Assembly: GCA_032718475.1 (NCBI GenBank) | Contig: JAUCBJ010009040.1 | Location: 977-64,976, forward strand | Direction of reading: 5' to 3' | Length of the DNA stretch: 64,000 bases | Source of the DNA: Nemertoderma westbladi | Taxonomy: Eukaryota > Animalia > Xenacoelomorpha | Part shown: piece by piece, positions 13,995 to 25,105 of the stretch | How the letters are laid out: every line of letters begins with the position of its first letter | Numbering within the stretch: position 1 is the stretch's first letter | The notes under the pieces: model-generated | What the model saw: only the letters and a program-made list of their open reading frames with translations | Databases searched by the model: none | Told to the model about the DNA's origin: nothing | Made by a program: the position numbers and the translations under genes

Positions 13995-15829
13995 ATGTTG
14001 CCCGTAAGTCTTAAACTATTTTCTCTGCTGTCAGCTCTTTTCCTACTCCAGGTAAGTTTATTTAATGCATAAAGTATTCATTTAGCGTTGTTATCTGAAT
14101 TATTCATTTAATGATTTGCTCACGTGAATAAAGACACCCTTTATTAAGGATGTTAGATTTATTCATCAAAACAAATAAAATGTTTTCTCACAGAATTATT
14201 CCACAAACAGATATTATATAGTAGATACGGTGTTCTCGATTATACCATTAGATAGAGCGCATTATTTAGACCCAGAAAAAGTGAACTTAGGAAAAATGCA
14301 ACTTACGGTCTTTTTACATTGTACGGCAGAGCTATTTATAATTTATTTATTATTACAGGCAAATGATGGACAATGTGGAGCCATTAATGTAAGTTTGTTA
14401 GTTATTTTAAATTATTATTTTAAATGTAATTTCATGCGATTTCATAGATATTGTGAGTGGTGACAAGTTGAGTTAAATTCATAATATTTCCTAACAGGTT
14501 ACAGAGCCGGAAGAACAGAATACAGAGTTGGAAGGAAATATTACACGGTTGAGTGACCAAGTAAAAGATTTAAATACAAACCTAATTAACCAACTCAATG
14601 AGCTAAAGACCGATGTTAGTTTCTTAACCAGTAATTATTTGTAACATAATTATTTGCCGTGTTGAAGTCCTTCTGTTTTATTATTATGTTTTTATTTATT
14701 TGTATGGAATTAATTTCTCACTACCAAATCGCCAGGACGACATATTTCCTAACTTTATATCGCAGTGCGACATTGTTTCTCAGTATGTCCCTACGCCATA
14801 CATTTACTATGTATTTCAGTATATCCAGTATGTCACCGCGTTATTATTAGGTTGTTCTAGAAAGTTTAAGTGCAAAACTACAAATAATTCCACCACATTA
14901 AATCTTTTACGGCCCTCGTTTTATTATTTCACTAAACAAAATCACTCGTGCCGTAACGCTATAATGTGCTATTTTATGAGCAACGACGTAATATAGTTAG
15001 TATTTAATTGTTCTAAATGTTGGGCCGAAATGCCGGCGTTTAATGATATCCCTAGAGAACTCCAACCCAACTACTGATCAGATGTGGGCAGAGGATTTAC
15101 AGAATTTAATAAACAATTTCAATTAATAATATTTCCTAACAGAATAAAGAGTTGGAACAACAGGTTAAAGAGTTGGAACAACAGAATACAGAGTTGGAAG
15201 AGTTAGTTTACAGGTTACATAATTCATCCATTACACTGTATCAGCAAATGGCTCCTCTGCTATTAAAGCATAAAGATGGGCTGAAGATTCAGCAAAGAGT
15301 TGATGGATCTGTTGACTTCTATCGAAACTGGGATGAATATGTTGAAGGATTTGGCGACCCGAATACCAATTTTTGGTTGGGGTTGGAGACGATCCACAAG
15401 CTGAGTAAAGGCGGGGTGAAGTTGAGAGTCGATTTGTGGTTCACTGGAGAGGGGTGGGCTTATCCCAATGATAATAACAATCTTGATAAAAAGAATTACA
15501 ACAACGAACACCGATACGCGGAATACAACAACTTCTCTATCGGATCAGCTGCAACTAATTACACCCTAAATGTATCCGGTTACCATGGCACTGCTGGTGA
15601 CTCATTGGAGTGGCACAACGGTCTCCCATTCTCTACCAAGGACCGCGATAATGACGGGTCGGGCTCCAGCAACTGCGCCGTAGAACAAACCGGAGCGTGG
15701 TGGTACGAGATCTGCGCTTGGAGTAACTTGAACGGAGAATATGGTGCGGGGGATTGGAATGGACCTTATTGGTACCATTTTACTATAGGGAATCCGGCTT
15801 CTCGAGTTGAAATGAAGATTTGGATTTAG
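13995..15829 (+). CDS. Secreted coiled-coil + fibrinogen C-terminal domain (FReD/ficolin-like) protein, ~296 aa; exons 13995-14051, 14359-14388, 14498-14614, 15143-15829
   Basis: All three introns are GT-AG and phase 0. Signal peptide, then heptad coiled coil, then IQQRVDGSVDFYRNWDEYVEGFG...FWLGLETIH...GTAGDSL...FSTKDRDND...NCA...GAWWY..C..SNLNGEY. AATAAA at ~15912. Confidence 0.9.
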
Positions 15830-17094
15830 TAAAACTGTAAGTTTTATATAAAATTACTAAATAATTTCAATAGAGTTGCGTTGGAAACTAACTTTTACAT
15901 TTAATTATAAAATAAATATAAATAAAATATATATAAATAATATTAATATAATGTAAAAAAATAATAATATACTTCATTATTATTTGATTAAATTATATTA
16001 TTTGTGTGAAAAGTTCCTGATTAATAATAATGAGTTCCTGAATAAATATCGTTTTTTACTCTAAAATTATTTACTTTAACGTTTTTATTATTTATTTTGC
16101 AGTTTGAATTCCCAATAAGTTTTAGAAGAGACTTAATCTTGGCTATTCTGCTATATGTTACCAGTTTATATGTGTGATGGTTATGGGTTATTGGTTTATG
16201 TTTGGTTAATATTTACAATATATTAATAAATTATAGTTGCAATAACTTAACTTTATTTACTTAACTTGCTGTTAGACCAGGAGGGGCCGGTTGCATATAA
16301 ATCAACCTTAGCTAAGGTGCACCTTAACTCATAAGTGTTGCCTTAAATATTTCAACATCCGTATCAGTTGTCTGCCTAATATTACCTAATATATTTTATA
16401 GAAACCTTTTGAGAACGTCGGAGGAGTTCCGAGAGCAAAATTTGTACTTTTCAAAATCAGCTGATATAATTAAACAAATTAATTGTTAATTAAAATTCTT
16501 TATTACCTAATATTATACAAATAAATCCTATTATATTTTAACGCGTCCGTTTGAATATCGCCAGTTATTGGGTTTCTGGAACGGTTCCTGTGCCAAAGCG
16601 AGGGAGCGAAGAGGAGTCCTAAATGAACCGGAATCAGGGGCTGTAATACCAACCCGGATATATTCCGAGCGATCAGTCGCCCTGACTACGGGGGTCGGGT
16701 AGACACGGGGGAAGCGGGAGTGGGGTCGGAATGATTCCGAGGTGGCGGCCCGGAATACAGGAGGGATATCAAGCAATATCCCCGCTTTAGTATCCGGGGT
16801 TACAGACGAGACTCGGTTGAAACCAATGGTCGCTCCAATGGGTCTTCTACTGGAGTGTCTAGTAGACAGTCTGATGAAACGTCCGGTAAACAGTCTGGTG
16901 AGACGTCTGGTGAGACATAGCGCGGAACATCCGGCGAAATGTCCTGTTGTCGGTCCCAAAGAGAGTCAAGCGTAGTTTCTGTAAGAAAGTCTGGTCTAAA
17001 GTCTGGTGGACAGTCTGTGGAGATGTCTGGTGGAAATTTAATTTACACCGGGGGGGGGGGGGGGTGTTATAAAGCACACGCTACCCAATAGCAA

Positions 17095-17172
17095 CACGTA
17101 TTGACATGTATTTTAGTGAAACGTATTTTAGTGACAAGTATTTTAGTGACACGTATTTTAATGACACGTATT
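17095..17172. repeat. 15-bp tandem repeat gtattttagtgacac (inverted copy ~62612-62698)
   Basis: 4-5 direct copies visible. Confidence 0.85.
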
Positions 17173-17979
17173 GAAATTAATATTACTCTACGTCCTACGA
17201 TACGTGAATTATATCAAATTTTGTCAACTACACGGAAAAACCAATAAGGACATAAAATCAGGTTAAATTAGTTAATCTTTTTATTATCATATTTGCGCTA
17301 CTTGTTTTTTTCGTGCCCCAGGGGGCACATTCAAAATGACCAGAAATTTTCTCGAATGTTATATTTGAGTTCTATAATCGCGATCAGCATCCAAAAAACC
17401 GCTATATACCGAAAAATAAATTTATTCTAGCGAGTCATAATTAAGACAATTTTAGCACGAAAAATCATTTTTTATGGGTGCAAGAAAGGGACCACAGCAC
17501 GAAAACTAACTCAGCCATAAATTATTGATATATTTGAAGCAGAGACAGTTTCACCTCCATTCTCCGTGGCTGAGCCAGAATTGGCTGAGAATGGGCAACC
17601 GGGCTGGAGGCCACAATAATTATAAAATTATTAGCCAAAATAATATAATTATAAACCGCAACTATTAAAAACTGTGAAATTAATATGTTTTGTTATTAAA
17701 TTATATTATTATGTAACAAGTTAAAAAATATATGTGCCTGTCCCAAAGCCCTTACATTACGTGTCCCAAAATAATACAGATTACATAACAACTGTGCCAT
17801 TTAAGCACTTCGGCTACTTTTAAATCTGTATTACTGATATACTAAGTGTAATTTACTTTAATTAATTATTTTTCCTTACCTATAATTACACTTTTATTTC
17901 AATTTAGATAATTCTACCTTCCTGGCTGATAATTTACTTTAATTAATTATTTTTCCTTACCTATAATTACACTTTTATT

Positions 17980-19478
17980 AGCAAGTCGTTAGACTTGATT
18001 ACTGTAAGAATTGTTGACTGACTGGCTGGCTGACTGGCTGGCTGACTGGCTGGCTGACTGACTGACTGATCTACAGCCAAAACTGCTCTAACGAATTTGA
18101 TGAAATTTTCACAGCGACTAGATACCACGATTCTAAGGTCCCTGGTATGATCGGCTACTCCGTCCATAGCCTCTGGGCTCGAAAAATAGAGATAAACGAA
18201 AAAACGCCATAGGCGCAATGGTAAAATAACATCAATGACAGCTGGTGTCCTGATGAAAAATGGCTTATGTAATGCATTTCTACACAAGGCTTAGTATAAA
18301 TCGATGAGGTTGCCAAGATTATTGTACTTAGTACACCCATACTGTTTGTTTAGGCCCTGCACTCTCTGTCAAAGCAAATATTAACTGGTTGATTTAGTTT
18401 GTGGTTCTACACAGGCTTAGTATAAATCGATGAGGCTGTCAACTGTTTGGTTTAGTTTGCAATCTATTACCGCCTCAGCTGAATAACTCTTCCCCCTGCT
18501 GAATGTCTATTAGGTATACAGTGTATCGGCTACATTATGCCAACATTAATACTGTGGAGGCTGTATGCTTATAAGGTGGAATGTTTACTCAGCCTTATAC
18601 TGATACTCTGTAAGGCTAAGACTAACATTATAGTTTGAAATATAAAAATCACTTCTTATTATCTGTATTGGGTTAATAATCACTGTGGCATTCAAAATGT
18701 TTTATAGTTGATTGACATTTAGTGCAAGCTGAATGACTGTTAGTTACAGAGTACTACTGCACTGTATTTTATTTTTAAATCTTTCGTCCAACATTAATAC
18801 TTTGGAGGTTGTATGCTTATAAGGCGAATGTTTACTCAGCTTCATAGTGATACACTGTAAGGCTAACACTAACGTTATAGTTTAAAACATAAAAATCACT
18901 GCTTATTATCTGTATCAGGTTACACACTGTGGCATTCAAAATGTTTAAATGTTTTATAGGTGATTGATATTTAGTGCAAGCTGAATGACTGTAGGTTACA
19001 GAGTACTATTGCACTGTATTTTATTTTTAAATCTTTTGGCCAACATTAATACTGTGGAGGCTGTATGCTTATAAGGCGGAATGTTTACTCAGCCTCATAC
19101 TGATACTCTGGAAGGCTTACACTAACATTATAGTTTGAAATATAAAAATAACTGCTTATTATCTGTATTGGGTTAATCACTGTGGCATTCAAAATGTTTT
19201 GTTAGGTGAATGACATTTAGTGGCTAAGATTATTCTCTGTCAGATTCCCTTCACACCATAGGCAAACATTGTTGAGGCTGAGGGAATTTACTTTAGTTTA
19301 CTCTACTGAGTCATTCAGCTGAATGGATTTGAGCAATTGCCAAATTACAGAGTGGGATCTCTCTCTGACCATAGATAAATAACACTTCCCTTCTGAACAA
19401 AGGTAAACATTGTTGAGGGAACTTACCTTTGATTGACGACTTCCGACTTGCTTAACGGCGTCTTGACGCCGTCTCTAG
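17980..19478 (+). mobile_element. Helentron-associated non-autonomous element (HINE/DINE-1-like), copy 1
   Basis: 5' subTIR agcaagtcg, (ctga/ctgg)n microsatellite and ~250-bp internal tandem repeats. 3' subTIR cgacttgct + hairpin acggcgtc-tt-gacgccgt + ctctag. Inserted in a T run; absent from the inverted paralog. Confidence 0.8.
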
Positions 19479-19528
19479 TTTCAATTTAGATAATTCTACC
19501 TTCCTGGCTGAATTAAATAAAATAAGTA

Positions 19529-20644
19529 AGCAAGTCGTTAGACTTGATTACTGTAAGAAAAAAAGGCTACTGACCTAGAGCAAAAACGGCTCTAACGATT
19601 TTGATGAAATTTTGCATGGAACATGAAAATGGATTTCTAAGGGTACTTGTGAAATCGCGGTTTAAATTGAAACATCTCGACTTGATTTATTTCGAAAAAT
19701 AGCCCCAAAACACTAAAATTGCCATAGGCGCAATGATAAAACACCAGCTGGCACTCATGAAAAATGTATAGAGATGGCCTGGTAATGTATTCAATAGGAA
19801 GGGCAACTAACAAAGAAGTACTTTGTGTGCCAAGTTTTATTATCACTCTATTCTACAACCCAGACAGTAATCAAACAAAACATTAACTGGTTTAGTTGGC
19901 TATTGCAGTCTCAGCTGAATAACTCTTCCCAAAGCATCCTTGGGCCTTGCTATATAATTAATTGGCGTGCAAGCTAAATGACTGTTAGTTAAACAGTGTG
20001 TTGGCTACACAGTGTATTGTAATATGCTCTCATCGCATTATTGTTTTATTTTGAAATCTCTGTGCCAACATTAATACTGTGGAGGCTGTATGCTTATAAG
20101 GCTGAATGTTTACTCAGCCTCATAATGATTCTCCATAAGGCTAACATTATAGTTTGAAATATAAAAATCTGTTATAATAATAATATAATTGTTATATTTA
20201 ATTAATAACGTGGTTTACATTGAACAGTGTAAATTGTTAATCGCGGTTTACATTGAAACATCTCAACCTGTTTTATTTATTACAAAAATAAGAACGAATT
20301 TGTCTTATCACTTCTTTTGCGCGATTGTATATATTGAATTCATGGCAACTGCTGTTATTATTATTAAACAACGACTCGACTACTCTAACTCTCTGACTAC
20401 TCTATCCTATAGAACAAAATAATCATTTCGCTAACTGCTCTCTATCTTCTATAATCACAACAGCTTTTATAATTCATTAGATGATTACAACATAATAATT
20501 ATAGTTCGAAGTTGTCTAGAAAATTTCTCGTACACCACCGGGACTACCCTCACACTAATTGATTATCAGACAGAACAAAAAGCTTTTACTTGATTCGTAC
20601 TGTCTCCTACGACTTGCTTTACGGGCCGCTAGGCCCGTCTCTAG
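19529..20644 (+). mobile_element. HINE/DINE-1-like element, copy 2
   Basis: Same 5' end agcaagtcgttagacttgattactgtaag; 3' cgacttgct + hairpin acgggcc-gcta-ggcccgt + ctctag. Absent from the inverted paralog. Confidence 0.8.
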
Positions 20645-21873
20645 TTATTATTATTGCTAGAACCACAAATAAAATCCGTTTCTATGGAGAACAGCTTAAC
20701 CTTGGAAGCGCAAGGTTACAACGTTCAAACAACGGAAGTAGAAATGGAAGGACGGACAATACTAAGGTGTATGCCAAAGCTAACAGATGTAGTGGCTCGA
20801 CCCAAAAGTCATAACATTCATAGGTAAATGTATCAACAAAGATTTCAGCATTAGTTTAAAATTAATCATTAAATATTATTGTCATAATATATTTCGCGAA
20901 TATAAATGAATTTCCTTGACCTAGAGACAAAATTACTTAATTACTTAAAACATTTAATATTTTGTGACAAACAAGAGTTTCTGTCACAAATGGGTGTAAC
21001 AATATCAGTTAGAACATTAATCTAACTTAGTGGGTTAGGAGAGCAAAAATCGAACTTACTAAAAGTTAACAGTGACAGTTAATGTTTGTAACACAAAACT
21101 TTACATTAATCTTTTTTCATGTTTACGATTTTTAACATTAACTTAATTCACGTAAGGATAAAAAGTACATCAATAAAATAATCATGGTATATATTGAATG
21201 TATTTTTCATTGTTTTAACATGTACAATTATTTCATAACAAACATACGAATATATAAAAATAGAGCCAGCGAATGAATATGTACTGCAATAAGTTTGGTC
21301 GGTGTAACATTCCTCCTACAACCAAAGAGACTACCGGAATATCTAACCATTTATTTGTAATAATTGAATAAAATATATAAATTATCAAACACGTTTAAAA
21401 CAGCTGATGTTACATAATATAATGGGGCATTTTAATCTAAATACTAAATACCTAAACAATATACACAATAACACAGAAATTAGTATCTGTAGAATAACTT
21501 TATAGAATAATAAAGAATATTATAGAATATTAACGTTCAATAAAATAGTAGTCTATGGATAGTATTGTGTTAATTAGGGATGCAACACAGCTCCGGCTCC
21601 GGAGCTCCGGCCCATTATACTGGCTCCGGCTCCGGGTAAATAAATCCGGAGCTTAACATGTTGAAATTCGAATAAAATAATAAAGTTTTTTTATTTATTT
21701 GTGTGAAATTAATTTCGCACTACCAAATCGCCATGGCGACATATTTCCCATCGCAGTGCGACATTATTTCTCAGTAAGTCCCTACGCAATACATTTTAAT
21801 ATGTTATGTCCAGTAGTTCCACGTATTACATGGGAAAAAGTATAACTTTTTTCACATTAAATAAATAAGTTTC

Positions 21874-23032
21874 TGTAAAAGCTTTTGCGGATATAATCAG
21901 TCCCCTTGCCCGCAAAGTACCGTGTAGGTGTTTTAACGGACATAAAAGTCATTCTTCTGTATGTGTACTTTGGCGGACATAACAAGACACTAATGCCGCA
22001 ATGCGTCAAATCCTCTAGCACAGTGTAGCTTTGATGATTCAGATTACGACATCTACCAGCTGGTTTGCTGGCATGGAAACGGCCGTTGGATCTATGGTTC
22101 TTTGTTCAGCTTAACAGCCAATCAGGGCGATTTTCACTTTATGCATGGAGATACTCTGCAGATCGTACTGGGCGAGTTCAGTATTGGTTTTTCCTATGCC
22201 AAGAACACCGGCTTTGGAATCATTCTGTTTTCAGACTCTAGCAAAACATTAGTAGGCTTAGATTATAGAAACGTATAACTGTTATCAAGTCAAGTCACAC
22301 CACGGCACATATCTTAACATACCTCACTCATATTGTCAAACCTTTCACCGCATTATTTTACTGCTATTTACTGTTGGTTATTAATTGTATCAGTTGATTG
22401 AATATTGTTATACTTGGAGAATATCGATAAATAACCCAAAAATCCCAATCTTCTTGATACACTAAAGGTTAGAGAGACCGGTTACATATAGCAATTGCGA
22501 CTTATATTATCGTGGTTTTGGAGTGAATCTAATGCTATTTCATAGATACTACATGAGTCCATTGCTGTTCTCTTTATGTATGGTCAAATTCAGTGACTGT
22601 CGGCAAATCAGTGTGCAGTAGTGTGGTACCGGTAGTGTGCAAGAGTGATTGATAACTAAGCATCTCCTAAAGAATGCGCCTTATACATGAATCATAAGCC
22701 GTACCGTTGTGTTTAGTATAAGTCATAGCTCTGTTTACATACTTAGAGAGCCACGTCCTAAAGGAACTGTCAAAATTTCCCGAAAGTGAATAATATTTGT
22801 CAGAGATTATATATCAACGATCAATCGAATAATACAGTAGGCTTACACCGCAATAAGGTCTAAGCATCCGAATCCAGTCTCCCGGGTATATCCAGCGGGT
22901 GAATGATCGCGCATCGGCTGGCTTCGGCTAATGTAGTGCATCAAATATTGTCATAGGCTAAAGTCGATTTATAAACTGAAAGACATATAAATTTGGCAGG
23001 TTAAACTGCTGAAGGTCTTAAAAGCGCGAACA
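21874..23032 (+). repeat. 5' LTR of element 1
   Basis: tgtaaaagc...gcgcgaaca, matches 36150-37308. Confidence 0.97.
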
Positions 23033-23044
23033 ATAACAGTTATA
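23033..23044 (+). promoter_or_regulatory. Non-tRNA primer-binding site candidate ATAACAGTTATA
   Basis: Immediately follows the LTR-terminal CA; perfect complement TATAACTGTTAT at 22274-22285 inside the LTR; no TGG. Confidence 0.7.
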
Positions 23045-23383
23045 GCTTTCTTTATTGCCGTAAGCAATAAAGCTGAAGTACCGGTCGACCGGTAACCTGT
23101 AGGCCCAACTGCTCGAACCGGTACTGCTGTAGGCCGGTAGGCCCAACTGCCCGAACCGGTACTGCTGTAACCTGTAAGCCTGTAGGCCCAACTGCCCGAA
23201 CCGGTACTTATAGTACAAGTACATCAGTATTATTTCGATTGTGATATTATACAATGGTAGGCTGTTTAAGAGATTAGGGACTGTACACCCCTTGTTTCTA
23301 TTGGAGCTTATTTATTTCTGTCAGTTTTTATTTACCTGTAAGTTAATATTGAGCAGAAGACGTGTAAGCCTGCTCAGATTGTA

Positions 23384-23990
23384 CAGATAATTTGTAGGCT
23401 GGACTGTTGTCTGACTGTTGTTAGGTCTGGAGAGATTGCGGCGTGTGTAGAGTCTGTCCGATAAAGTGCCAGTTGGGAACGTAGGGGCATCTTGAGTTGT
23501 ATGGTAAACCCCCTCCGAAAGAATAAGTCGTCCTACTCGGTTAGAACGCATACTCACTAACCATTTCGGAATCTGCATATACTGTAGTTTATTTAGGCTT
23601 GATAGTAGTCTGCCAGTGTTTAGTCTGTATTTTGTATGTATAGGCCTAGTCTGTACGGGTAGCATAATATTTCTTATTCAGATAATTTGTAGGCTGGATT
23701 GTTGTCTGGCTGTTGTTAGGTCTGAAGGGACTGCTGCGTGTGTAGAGTCTGTCCGATAAAGTGCCAGTTAGGAATGTAGGGGCATCTTGAGTTGTAAGGT
23801 AAACCCCCTCCGAAAGAATAAGTCGTACTACTGAGTTAGAACGCATACTAACTAACCATTTCGGAATCTGCACATATTGTAGTTTATTTAGGCTTGATAG
23901 TAGTCTTCCAGCGTTTGGTCTGTATTTTGTTTGAGTAGTTTGTACGCGTAGCACAATATTTATTATTCAGAGTTTATGCGATTATTCGCA
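23384..23990 (+). repeat. ~296-bp direct duplication in the 5' leader of element 1 (also in element 2 at ~55790-56370)
   Basis: Two diverged consecutive copies starting cagataatttgtaggctgga. Confidence 0.85.
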
Positions 23991-25105
23991 ACATTCACAA
24001 CCCCAAGTTTATTCCTACAGTAATTGTGCTTGTTATACATACGGTTATAGTTAAATTAACCCCGGTACTACACGGGCTGCTTGGCGTAGGTAAAGACTGG
24101 TGATTTTGTGCCCTGGTCACTCCAGCAGATGCCGTGGTTCTTTTAACTGTTCAAGTATATTTAACTGCTGGTTATTTGTTATACAAGTACTTGTACCTAA
24201 TTTAGGGTTTAGTGTACAGTGCTTTCCTAAAGTAATTAGTGTGTAGGCAGTATATTTGTGTTGTAAAGTGGTTAATAGGCACGTTAGTTCTGGTAGACTG
24301 CGGTAATTAACCTCTAGGTAGGAACACTCCGTGAAACATAACGTAGTACTTATAGCGATATGGCTATAAGTCGCCAGACGGTGGTATTTTTCCTATCTGG
24401 ACAACGCAGTATATTTACTACTACTTTACTATTTTCAAATACCGTAGTATCATGTCCGTTGTAATAACCAGATATTCTAACCCTTTGTTAGGCTGGTTTG
24501 TAGTTCCCTGTCAAATTACCCTAAAAATTCGTACGTATACTTTTTGTGTGTTTATTTAGAGATTGTAATCTCACCTTATATTGTACGTAATTCGTAGCTA
24601 AGTAACTTAGGCCAGTAGAATTATTTGTTTTAGTGTCCAATAAGTAGCACTTCACTGAGAGCGCACAGCTGCTGTGTAGTGATTGCTTTCCAGAAATAGT
24701 AACATCTATTTCAATAGAGAAACAAAACCCCTCATACGGGTATATATCTTTTAAATCAACTCAAAGGTTTATAAACTAGTAGGCCTGTCGTACAACAATT
24801 AGGTCTTAATATCAGTTGGACTACTGCTTGAATAACGGTAATAAAGTAAACTAATATCTATCTATAGAGTATCTACTACTAGTATCTATAATAGGCTTAT
24901 TATATATTTGTATATATTTGCGCTGAAATTATATACCGGTATTCTGTGACAAACCTAGTCTGCAATACTTATTTATACTATAAGTGTATACCGGTATTTT
25001 AATATATTGTAATTGATTACCGGTACTAGGCCAACAGTCATACTGAATTACTAGACTTGCTTTAACTGTAACTATAGCAGTAGGCATCCAACTGTATAAA
25101 CAAAT

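Larger units (their letters stand above)
4418..14209 (+). repeat. Tandem array of a ~2269-bp unit (minisatellite + promoter + signal-peptide exon + intron portion), 3 full units plus a partial 4th
   Basis: Identical exon-1 ATGs at 4977, 9458, 11726 and 13995. Spacings are 4481 (= 2269 + 2212 insertion), 2268 and 2269. Only a few SNPs/indels between copies. Confidence 0.95.

Noticed and set aside
14448-14452. Micro-exon (catag ATATT gtgagt) in FReD intron 2
   Set aside because: 5 nt would shift the frame; exons 2 and 3 already join in frame.
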